Assembly (NCBI GenBank): GCA_964354815.1
Contig: CAYHBG010000003.1
Location: 1 to 46,551 of the forward strand
Length of the DNA stretch: 46,551 nucleotides
Source: an uncultured Thermotogae bacterium
GTDB taxonomy: Bacteria > Bipolaricaulota > Bipolaricaulia > UBA7950 > UBA9294
Direction: 5' to 3'
The position numbers and the translations under genes are program-made. The notes under the pieces are model-generated. The model worked only from the letters and a program-made list of their open reading frames with translations. It made no database searches and was not told where the DNA came from. Position 1 is the first letter of the stretch; every line of letters starts with the position of its first letter. Below are positions 6,546 to 14,181 of this stretch, one piece after another.

Positions 6546-7734
6546 CTCGGCCGACTACTGGCTGGAGTGTGGACACTGGTACCACCACAAGATCGCGGCC
6601 GAGGCCGCGAAGGAGGACTACAACCCAGACAGCGACGCGAGCGTGCGGGGGCACCGACTGCACGACATCGCGGAGGGGGCCATGCGTTATGTGCTAGGCC
6701 AGACCCCCGACTGGTCAACCGCGCTGGTCGAGAACGCGGTGGGGCTGGTCATCGAGACGCTGGAGCTGGACGATCAGGTTCCGGCCGAAGACTTCGAGCA
6801 GGTCGTCACGGCGCTATGCGCTGTGCTTCAGCTGATCGACACGCTGACCGAGCAGGCGGGCGGGGACATCCGCGTGCTTCTTGAGAAGCGGGTGAGGCTG
6901 TCGCACGAGCCAGACTCGTACGGCACCGTCGACGTGGCCATCGTCGGTCCCGACTTCCTTGTGGTGCTCGACTACAAGTTCGGGGCCGTTGAGGTGGAGG
7001 CCGACGCGAACCAGTTCTGGGTGTACGCGTCGAACCTCGCCCGCACGATCCCCCGCAAGAAGCGGGTGGTCCTCGGCGTGGTTCAGCCGAGGATTCGTGA
7101 GGACGTTCTCACGTTCGAGACGAGTTGGGACGACCTCGTCGAGTTCCGTGGCCACGTGAACCACACCGTCAGCCGACAGCGTGCGGGTTCGGCCTACGCA
7201 CCCAGCGACATCAGCACGTGCAACTACTGCCCGTTCCGAGACCGCTGCGTGGGATACACGCAGCTTGTCACGTCGGCCACCGACACGCTGTTCAACATCG
7301 TGAACGACGGGCAGATCGAGTGGGTCGTGGCCAACCGCACGGCCATCACGGAGGGCGTCGAGATCCTGGCGGGCGTGGTCAAGGATCAGGTCGATCGGTT
7401 CCCCAACTGGAGCCGAAAGACCGTCGACAACCCCGCCAAGTGGAACCCGGCCGTCGAGCCGGGGGAGATCGCTCATCAGCTTCGGCTGAAGGGCGTGGTC
7501 GAGCCCTACACGCTGAAGACGCCGGCCTTGCTTCGGGACGAGTACCCCGACTCGGCAGGCGTCATCGACAAGTTCGTGCTAGAGCGTGGCACGCACGTCC
7601 GACTGACGCGTCCGACATCGGCGCCGGACCTGCGAGCTGAAATCAAGACGAGAGAGATCAGTGAAGCGAACGAGGCGAAAGCTGCGGCCAAGGCGGCCAA
7701 GGCGGAAGCCAAGTCAAAGAAGGAAAAGAAATAA
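6517..7734 (+). CDS. PD-(D/E)XK exonuclease, Cas4/RecB-like (DUF2800-type)
   Basis: Nuclease core TVDVAIVGPDFLVVLDYKFG (D ... D-Y-K). One N-terminal Cys (LECGHWY) plus the C-terminal cluster CNYCPFRDRC, as in the Cas4-type 4-Cys arrangement. Length and position (next to the SSB and polymerase) fit DUF2800 phage exonucleases. Confidence 0.8.
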   Translation: MTKHAIHNPSSADYWLECGHWYHHKIAAEAAKEDYNPDSDASVRGHRLHDIAEGAMRYVLGQTPDWSTALVENAVGLVIETLELDDQVPAEDFEQVVTALCAVLQLIDTLTEQAGGDIRVLLEKRVRLSHEPDSYGTVDVAIVGPDFLVVLDYKFGAVEVEADANQFWVYASNLARTIPRKKRVVLGVVQPRIREDVLTFETSWDDLVEFRGHVNHTVSRQRAGSAYAPSDISTCNYCPFRDRCVGYTQLVTSATDTLFNIVNDGQIEWVVANRTAITEGVEILAGVVKDQVDRFPNWSRKTVDNPAKWNPAVEPGEIAHQLRLKGVVEPYTLKTPALLRDEYPDSAGVIDKFVLERGTHVRLTRPTSAPDLRAEIKTREISEANEAKAAAKAAKAEAKSKKEKK

Positions 7735-7735
7735 C

Positions 7736-8662
7736 ATGGGCATCAATTACGAGCAGGCGGTGGGCCTCGAAGGTTTCGAGGACATCGCGGACTTCCAGCT
7801 GGACGAGCAGGAGCAGAAGGGCATCGCGGCCCTCACCGGCATCGTCGTGTTCCCCCCGAACCTCGCCGCGCCGGGAGGCGCCCCGGGATTCGACGCGAAG
7901 TTCGGCGTCGACATCATGGTCCAGAAGGGGAGCGAGGACGCTCAGCTTCTGTTCGCGGTGTCGAAGCACGTCGCGACGACCAAGTGGGGCGAGGATACGG
8001 AGCGCGAGTACGACATCGCGCTCCAGATCGCGTCGGGCCTCAAGAAGGTCAACGTCAACATCAAGGACGGTGACCTCATCGACCCCGAGTTCAACGCGGG
8101 CTTCTGGGTCGTGGGCGCGAAGAACGAGGACCAGCCCGTGATCCTCGACGCTCAGGGCCGCGTGTGCACGCGTCCCGACCAGTACCCCACCCGCAACTGG
8201 GCCGTTCGCTGCATCATCGAGTTCTGGGCGCAGCCCAAGCGCGATCGCGTGAACACGCGGCTTCTGGCCGTGCAGGGGCTTTTCCCCGCCGCGAGGCGGG
8301 TGGGCCGAACGCAGGAGCAGACTCTTGCGCTCGTGCAGGGCGTCGTGGCCAAGCTGCCCGCCATCTCGGCGCCGCAGGCGGCCGTCAGGCAGGCGATCGC
8401 TGCCCCGGCCCCCGAGGCCCGGCCGGCACCCGCGGCGCCCGCTGCGGCCCCGTCCAGGCGGCGTGCGGCGCCCGTGGAGGCGGAGGCACCGGCCCCTGCC
8501 CCCAAGAGGGGCCGAGGCGCGGCCAAGCCTCCGCAGGAGGACCCGTCGGCCTTCTTCCGAGAGGCGGCCCCCGCCGAGGCGGAGCCGGCACCGCGGCGAG
8601 GGCGCCGCGTGGTCGTCGAGGACTCGAACGGAGACGAGTTCGACCTCGAAGCGGACGCCTGA
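7736..8662 (+). CDS. ssDNA-binding protein-like (DUF2815-type) with low-complexity linker and acidic tail
   Basis: ATG at 7736, just after the previous stop. The N-terminal ~200 aa resemble DUF2815 proteins, which usually follow DUF2800 exonucleases. The C-terminus is an Ala/Pro/Arg-rich linker ending in the acidic tail EDSNGDEFDLEADA, typical of SSBs. Confidence 0.6.
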   Translation: MGINYEQAVGLEGFEDIADFQLDEQEQKGIAALTGIVVFPPNLAAPGGAPGFDAKFGVDIMVQKGSEDAQLLFAVSKHVATTKWGEDTEREYDIALQIASGLKKVNVNIKDGDLIDPEFNAGFWVVGAKNEDQPVILDAQGRVCTRPDQYPTRNWAVRCIIEFWAQPKRDRVNTRLLAVQGLFPAARRVGRTQEQTLALVQGVVAKLPAISAPQAAVRQAIAAPAPEARPAPAAPAAAPSRRRAAPVEAEAPAPAPKRGRGAAKPPQEDPSAFFREAAPAEAEPAPRRGRRVVVEDSNGDEFDLEADA

Positions 8663-8668
8663 GGCAAC

Positions 8669-8752
8669 GGGCTGAGGTTCAGCCCAGGCCGTCGGCTCTC
8701 CGAGTTGGGGGTGGGCCGACGGCCCGGGGACAGCGCGAAGTGGCGCTGTCCC
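8669..8752 (+). other. Three consecutive GC-rich hairpins preceding the terminator
   Basis: H1 is GGGCTGA 8669-8675 / TCAGCCC 8679-8685. H2 is GGCCGTCGGC 8687-8696 / GCCGACGGCC 8715-8724. H3 is GGGACAGCGC 8727-8736 / GCGCTGTCCC 8743-8752. Confidence 0.7.
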
Positions 8753-8763
8753 TGTCATGACGA

Positions 8764-8793
8764 GGGGCCCGGCGCGAGCCGGGCCCCTTTTTT
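8764..8793 (+). terminator. Rho-independent terminator
   Basis: GGGGCCCGGC 8764-8773, loop GCGA, GCCGGGCCCC 8778-8787, followed by TTTTTT 8788-8793. Located between the SSB-like and polymerase genes. Confidence 0.8.
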
Positions 8794-8808
8794 CGTTTGG
8801 AGGTTTCC

Positions 8809-10788
8809 ATGGCAAGCAACATCGTTTTCGTGGACGCGGAGAGCCAGTCCGCGCTCGACCTCACGAGGGTCGGAGCGCACGTGTACTGCGCGGACCGATC
8901 CACGCGTCCGATCCTTTGGTCCGTTCTGCCGTTCGACGACTCGCGCGCTCTGGTGTTCGAGGAGCCTGACCTCTACGTGGTGCTAGGCCAGCTTCGCAAG
9001 GCCCGCGCGCTGAAGTGGGGCAAGAAGTCGAACCCGCTCTACATCGTGCACTGGTCCCCCTTCGACAGGCTCCTCGCGAAGGCATGGCACGAGAGGTCCG
9101 GCAGCGACTGGCCGGCAGACGACCAGCCCACTCGGGCCGGGGTGGCGGGGCCCTACAACACGATCTGGGTCGACCTTTCGGAGCTTGCGCTCACGACGGG
9201 ACTCCCCATCAAGCTGCAGAGGGCGGCAGACTTCGATGGGGTCGAGCTGAAGAGCCCCGGCAAGAAGCTCATCGGCCTCTTCTGCGTTCCGAGCGACAAC
9301 AACACCTTCGAGGACTCCACCTCTCAGCCGGTGGCCTGGGAGCAGTTCAGGCAGTACTGCGCGCAGGACACGCAGGCGCTGCGCCCTCTGTTCGTTAGGC
9401 TGCAGCGAAACGGCGTCGACCCCCTCTTCCACGCGGCTCGTTCCTGGGCCGTCAGGCAAATGAACGAGAGGGGCGTTCCGGTGGACGTGGCCAGCACGCG
9501 CTACGCGCTCGACACCCTCGACGTGGCGCAGGACAAGGCCGAGAGGGAGGTGTTCGACCGATATGGATTCAAGACCACCCAGGTCAGGCAGGCCGCCGAA
9601 TTCATCGGGACCCCGAACCTGCAGCTGGAGACGGTGGAGGCCGCCATCGAGTCGGGAAAGCTCGACGCGGACCAGCTTTTCGTGGCCGAGGCCCGAGTGG
9701 GCCTGGCCGGAGCAGCCCGCAAGAAGCTTCGGCCGCTTCTCCTCCACACGGGGACCGACCGGAGGATCCGTGGGGGGTTCATCTATCACGGGGCTTGGAC
9801 TGGGCGCCTAACATCGTTAGGCGTGCAGTTTCAGAATTTCGTGAGGCAGCCGTCGGACCCCGCCTTCTTCGACAACATGTTCCACATCGAGCCGACCGAG
9901 CTTTTCTCGGCCACGCGACACAACATCCGCGGGTTCCTGCAGGCGCCCGAGGGCCGCACGTTCGTGGCGGGCGACTACAAGGCCATCGAGCTGAGGGTTG
10001 GGGCCTGGCTGGCGCGCGAGGAGTGGCTTCTGTCTCTCCTTCGGTCTGGCGTGGACGTGTACCGCGCGGCCGCTTCCGAGCGGCTGTCGAAGCCGATCTC
10101 AGAAGTGACGGAGGACGAGCGGCAGTTCTACAAGAGCGTGGAGCTGGGCTGCATGTACGGTCTCGGGCCCGACGGTTGGGTCACTCAGCAGGGAAAGAAG
10201 GGCATCACGTACCTGCGCCCCGCAGCGAAGGTCATCACGGACCAGTACCGCGTGACGCACCCCGCCTTCGTGGCGGCTTGGCGACACGCGTCCGACTCGT
10301 TCACGCGTGCCCTTCTTCGGCCTCCCGGGCTTGTGACGTACGCGTTCGACGACCGTGTGCGGTTCACGAAGCACGAGAACTGCGTGACGGCCACGAGGCC
10401 GAGCGGTGCCACGCAGACTTTCTGGATGCCCTCGATCGTCGAGGGCAAGTGGCCAGACGGGACCCCGCGAGACGAGATCCAGGTCGTGCTCAAGAACGAC
10501 AAGACCGGCTACATGGAGCCGGCCCGCACGTACGGCGCTCGGATCTTCCAGGGCCTCGTGCAGGGCATAGCGTTCGACCTCATGATCGAGGCGCTAGGCC
10601 GGTGCGAGTACACGGGCCTGTGCCCCGTCATGAGCATCCACGACGAGGTCGTGACGGAGGTGGGTGAGGACTCAGCGGCGGAGCAGGAAAGGCTCCTGCG
10701 CCGCGAGCTGCTGAACGGCCGGGAGTGGGCTGAATCCATCCCGGTGGAGGTGAGCATGTGGACGAGCCGGAGATTTACAGCGAAGTGA
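8809..10788 (+). CDS. Family A DNA polymerase with 3'-5' proofreading exonuclease domain
   Basis: Exo motifs VFVDAESQS, HWSPFDRLL and YCAQDTQAL. Pol motif A GDYKAIELRV, motif B RQFYKSVELGCMYGLG, motif C MSIHDEVVTEV. ATG at 8809, 5 nt after GGAGG (the track ORF opens at TTG 8797). Confidence 0.95.
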   Translation: MASNIVFVDAESQSALDLTRVGAHVYCADRSTRPILWSVLPFDDSRALVFEEPDLYVVLGQLRKARALKWGKKSNPLYIVHWSPFDRLLAKAWHERSGSDWPADDQPTRAGVAGPYNTIWVDLSELALTTGLPIKLQRAADFDGVELKSPGKKLIGLFCVPSDNNTFEDSTSQPVAWEQFRQYCAQDTQALRPLFVRLQRNGVDPLFHAARSWAVRQMNERGVPVDVASTRYALDTLDVAQDKAEREVFDRYGFKTTQVRQAAEFIGTPNLQLETVEAAIESGKLDADQLFVAEARVGLAGAARKKLRPLLLHTGTDRRIRGGFIYHGAWTGRLTSLGVQFQNFVRQPSDPAFFDNMFHIEPTELFSATRHNIRGFLQAPEGRTFVAGDYKAIELRVGAWLAREEWLLSLLRSGVDVYRAAASERLSKPISEVTEDERQFYKSVELGCMYGLGPDGWVTQQGKKGITYLRPAAKVITDQYRVTHPAFVAAWRHASDSFTRALLRPPGLVTYAFDDRVRFTKHENCVTATRPSGATQTFWMPSIVEGKWPDGTPRDEIQVVLKNDKTGYMEPARTYGARIFQGLVQGIAFDLMIEALGRCEYTGLCPVMSIHDEVVTEVGEDSAAEQERLLRRELLNGREWAESIPVEVSMWTSRRFTAK

Positions 10789-11204
10789 GGGAGTCGGAGA
10801 TCGAGGCAAAGGGCCGAGCGCTCGTGACCAACAAATATGACGGGGTGCTCCTCAAGTTCCGGCTGATAGGCCGGCGCGGGGGAAGCGACAACCTTCTGGT
10901 GTTGCCCTACGCGCCGGTTGTTTTCGTCGAGTTCAAGACGTTCGACGGTCGGCAGTCGGCCGGACAGCTTCGGTTCGAGCACGAGATGGTGGGTCGGGGA
11001 CAGAGGTACTGGATCGTGCGGTCGGTCGAAAGTTTCGACCTTCGCATCCGCGAGTACCTCAACTACTGCGACGGAGGAGGTGAGAGGTGGAAAGAAGATC
11101 GCTGGACGAACTACGACCCGGACAGAGAGAAGCGTGGCCTTGGCTCGCGTCGAGGACCGAAGCGCTCGTGCCCGCCCCCATCGGCTGGGGAAAGACGATC
11201 GTGA
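10758..11204 (+). CDS. VRR-NUC domain nuclease
   Basis: The pattern GGSDNLLVLPYAPVVFVEFKTFDGRQSAGQLRFEHEMVGRGQRYWIV matches the VRR-NUC D ... E-x-K core followed by Q. GTG start overlaps the polymerase 3' end. The 3' 118 nt overlap the helicase gene. Confidence 0.75.
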   Translation: MDEPEIYSEVRESEIEAKGRALVTNKYDGVLLKFRLIGRRGGSDNLLVLPYAPVVFVEFKTFDGRQSAGQLRFEHEMVGRGQRYWIVRSVESFDLRIREYLNYCDGGGERWKEDRWTNYDPDREKRGLGSRRGPKRSCPPPSAGERRS

Positions 11205-12532
11205 CGCTGCTGGCCATCGCGAGGATCCGTCAGGTGTACGGGCCCTGGCGCACGCTGGTGGTGTCCCGCAAGCAGATCGTCGAGAAGACCTGGCCACATC
11301 AGATCGACGAGTGGGGCCTCGACCTGACCTACGCCAGCGCGGCGGAGCGAAGAAGCTCCGCCGTTCTGGCGAGGCCAGACGTGCTGGGCCTCAACTTCGA
11401 GAACCTTGAGTGGTTCTACGACATGGTCGACGAAGACCCCACGCTCCTGCCCGAGATCCTCGTGATCGACGAGAGTCACCACATGAAGGCTTTCTCGGCC
11501 AACCGCGTGCAGAGGCACTGCGGCTTCAAGAAGAAGGGGAAGGGCAGAAGGCCCGGATACGTTCACCAGTTCAAGCGCCGCTTCGCTCTGACGGGAACGC
11601 CTAACCCGGAAGGATACGCGGACCTTTGGACGCAGGAGGCAAGCATCTCTCTTCGCCGAAGGCTCGGTCTCAACATCACGATGTTCAGGAGGGACTTCTG
11701 CGTGGAGGAGTGGGTGGGAGAGCGCGTGAAGTACACGGTCGACCGCGTGGGAGAGGATCGTGTCGAGCGCGCCCTCGCGCCCATCACGTACAAGGCCTCG
11801 CTCGGGCGCTACCTCGACACGCCGCACCCGTTGGAGACGACGGTGCACGTGCCCTGGGACCCAGGAGCGTTCGACGAGTACTGCGCGCTGGCGGCCGACT
11901 TCGAGCTGGACCTTCGGGACAGGCTCCGAACGGTGGAGCCGGAGGAGAACCTTGAGCACGCGGACGTGGACCGGCTCATGCAGATGGGCATCGACCACGC
12001 GTTCGCTCCCAACGTGGGCGTGCTCCTCGGAAAGCTGCGTCAGGCCTGCTCAGGCTTCGTGTACGACGCTTCGGGCAGGGCCAGGCTCCTGCTGGACCAC
12101 GACGCCAAGATCGAGGCGCTGCGCGACATCGTGCAGCGCGCAGAGGGCGTCCCCGTTCTGGTGTTCGCCGAGTACCAGGCCGAGCTGAAGATGATCAGGC
12201 AGGCGTTCCCGAAGGCGCAGATCGGAATCCCCAAGTCGCTGTCCGCGTGGCAGCGCCGAGAGGTCCCCGTCCTCGCTTGCAACCCAGCCAGCGCGGGGGA
12301 GGGACTCGACGGTCTGCAGCACGGCTCGCACGTTGCCGTGTTCTACTCGACGCCGTGGAGCGGGGGCCTTCGCAACCAGGCCATCGGGCGCCTGGACCGG
12401 GGAGGCCAGACCCGGCAGGTGTCCGTCATCAGCATGGAGAGGCCCGACTCGGTGGACCAGTACGTGAAGGAGAAGCAGCGGAACAAACAGGCGAAGCTCG
12501 CCAAGTTCCTCCGCAAGGTCACGCAGGCCTAG
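11087..12532 (+). CDS. SNF2-family DEAD/DEAH-box helicase
   Basis: LRPGQREAW, motif I PIGWGKT, motif II LVIDESHHMK, motif III LTGTPNPEG, motif VI NQAIGRLDRGGQTRQV. GTG start follows GGAGGAGG. Confidence 0.9.
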   Translation: MERRSLDELRPGQREAWPWLASRTEALVPAPIGWGKTIVTLLAIARIRQVYGPWRTLVVSRKQIVEKTWPHQIDEWGLDLTYASAAERRSSAVLARPDVLGLNFENLEWFYDMVDEDPTLLPEILVIDESHHMKAFSANRVQRHCGFKKKGKGRRPGYVHQFKRRFALTGTPNPEGYADLWTQEASISLRRRLGLNITMFRRDFCVEEWVGERVKYTVDRVGEDRVERALAPITYKASLGRYLDTPHPLETTVHVPWDPGAFDEYCALAADFELDLRDRLRTVEPEENLEHADVDRLMQMGIDHAFAPNVGVLLGKLRQACSGFVYDASGRARLLLDHDAKIEALRDIVQRAEGVPVLVFAEYQAELKMIRQAFPKAQIGIPKSLSAWQRREVPVLACNPASAGEGLDGLQHGSHVAVFYSTPWSGGLRNQAIGRLDRGGQTRQVSVISMERPDSVDQYVKEKQRNKQAKLAKFLRKVTQA

Positions 12533-12891
12533 CCCGACAGCGCGGCAGCCAGCCAGGTCGTCCATCCCGTGTGGACGACCTGGCCAAGGCACGCTCCCAC
12601 AAGCATGAATCGCATGTCTCGCTCGGTGTCGTCGATTCGTTCGATGGGCGCCTGCGACACGAACTCCCGCCAATGCGCGACGGCCCACGCCGCCGCCGCC
12701 GTTCCCAAGCAAGCGATCAGGAACCACCCCGCTAGGTGGAGGCACTGGTCGACTGCGTCGCGTCCGCGTCGGTCGAGGTGATCCTCGTACCAGTCGTCAG
12801 CGCGCTGGAACACTCGATGCAAGGCATCGACAAACCCCCCTTCCTTCTCCTGCAGCACCTCCTGCACATCAGTCTCTGACAGATCGGACAT
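12529..12891 (-). CDS. Two-pass membrane protein (120 aa), last gene of the late block
   Basis: ATG at 12891, 7 nt after GAGGAGAG. Acidic N-terminus, then the hydrophobic segments LHLAGWFLIACLGTAAAAWAVA and MRFMLVGACLGQVVHTGWTTWLAAAL. Its stop codon overlaps the helicase stop (shared CTAG). Confidence 0.6.
   Translation of the reverse strand: MSDLSETDVQEVLQEKEGGFVDALHRVFQRADDWYEDHLDRRGRDAVDQCLHLAGWFLIACLGTAAAAWAVAHWREFVSQAPIERIDDTERDMRFMLVGACLGQVVHTGWTTWLAAALSG
12552..12584. other. Perfect 13-bp hairpin at the convergence point of the plus and minus transcription blocks
   Basis: GCCAGGTCGTCCA 12552-12564, loop TCCCGTG, TGGACGACCTGGC 12572-12584. It starts 20 nt beyond the helicase stop and lies inside the 3' end of the minus-strand gene 12529-12891. 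No U-tract on either strand. Confidence 0.6.
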
Positions 12892-12952
12892 CGGTTCGCT
12901 CTCCTCTGCGGATACCGCCCGCACACAACGCACGGCCCGATCATCCTGTTGC

Positions 12953-13279
12953 TCACGCGCGGCGTCTCCACAGAAGAGCGGCCACGCCAGCGCTTATCAC
13001 GACGGGCGTGGGCGGCTCGGGGACCGGCACGCAGTCTTCGGGGTAACCCCGAACGACGACCACAGACACGAGCCCACCCACCGCGTTGTGGGCCGACACG
13101 TGAACGCACTCGGTGCCCGTCGACTGCGACCAACCCGGCTCCACGCGAACGGTCGTGACGGGGCCCTGCGACTCAAGGCACTTCATCTGGATGTCGTACC
13201 CGCCCGCAGCGTGTGCGGAGCCGCCGCACGAGAAGGCAGAGAAGAGGACCGCGAGAACGAGGGCCGTCGTGTAACGCAT
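12953..13279 (-). CDS. Small exported protein with C-terminal PEP-CTERM sorting signal (108 aa)
   Basis: N-terminus MRYTTALVLAVLFSAFSCGGSAHA/AG is a signal peptide. The C-terminus PVPEPPTPVVISAGVAALLWRRRA-stop has the PEP motif, a hydrophobic helix and an Arg cluster. Start overlaps the upstream stop (TGATG). Confidence 0.75.
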   Translation of the reverse strand: MRYTTALVLAVLFSAFSCGGSAHAAGGYDIQMKCLESQGPVTTVRVEPGWSQSTGTECVHVSAHNAVGGLVSVVVVRGYPEDCVPVPEPPTPVVISAGVAALLWRRRA

Positions 13280-14181
13280 CAGAGTGTCCTCATCCACTGG
13301 CACTGCGAACCTGCCAGCGCGTTGATCAAGCTGTTCGCCACCTCGCTCGCATGCGTGACCTGCATCGTGCCCGATGCCGACGGCGTGACGATGCCCTCGA
13401 TGATCGCCACGTTGCCAGCCGTCAAGCTCGATGCGTTCGACGCGGCCGGGATGGCGAAGGCCGTCGCGTAGTTGGTCGTCAGCGTGGTGGCCGTGAGCGG
13501 GTAGCTGCTCGTGTAGCTGAGGTTCGTGACCGTCGGGCCGCTCATGCTCCAGCGAGACCCGGTCGTCGTCGCGGCAGACGTGTAGGCGATCGCGCAGCGC
13601 CACCAGTACGACTCGCCTGCCGTCACCGAGAAGCTGAGCCCGGTCACGTCCTCGATCGTGTTCGCGACGGCGTTGTTATTTCCGACCGCGGCCGAAAGAA
13701 CGACGGTGTTGAGCGTGTTGGCGACCTGTCCGGCGTTCTGCACGCTGGTCTTGAGGCGGCCCTGCGAGTCGTAGAATCCGAAGTTGCCGTTCGCGAGAAG
13801 CTTGATCGACTCGCCCGCCGCCACCGTGGCCTTGAACTGTCTTCGGTCGGTCGCGCTGCGGTCGATGTTGATCGTGATGTCGTTGGACGTGGACGCGTGC
13901 GTGTTGTAGACGGTCAGCTCGCGCACATAACGCCAGTTCGACGCGGCGGGGGCAGCGAGGATCGTGGTGGTCGTGGCAGACGACACGGTCCCCGTCGTCG
14001 TGCCGGGGGTCGTCAGGGCCGTGGCCGTGACGTTGCTCCACGACACGTGGTACTCGGTCGTCGCGGTCGACGACGTGATCATCTCCAGCGAGTCGGTCGA
14101 CCCCTCCAGAATCAGGTTCGCGCCAGCGGCCCCGGCCCAGAGACTAGAAGCCAGCCAGAGTAGCAGCAGCAGCATTCGCAT
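13279..14181 (-). CDS. Exported beta-rich, Ser/Thr/Ala-rich protein (300 aa), fibre/lectin-like
   Basis: Signal peptide MRMLLLLLWLASSLWAGAAGA. GGGGGA SD 7 nt upstream. The composition is typical of phage fibre distal domains. No enzymatic motif recognised. Confidence 0.65.
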   Translation of the reverse strand: MRMLLLLLWLASSLWAGAAGANLILEGSTDSLEMITSSTATTEYHVSWSNVTATALTTPGTTTGTVSSATTTTILAAPAASNWRYVRELTVYNTHASTSNDITINIDRSATDRRQFKATVAAGESIKLLANGNFGFYDSQGRLKTSVQNAGQVANTLNTVVLSAAVGNNNAVANTIEDVTGLSFSVTAGESYWWRCAIAYTSAATTTGSRWSMSGPTVTNLSYTSSYPLTATTLTTNYATAFAIPAASNASSLTAGNVAIIEGIVTPSASGTMQVTHASEVANSLINALAGSQCQWMRTL

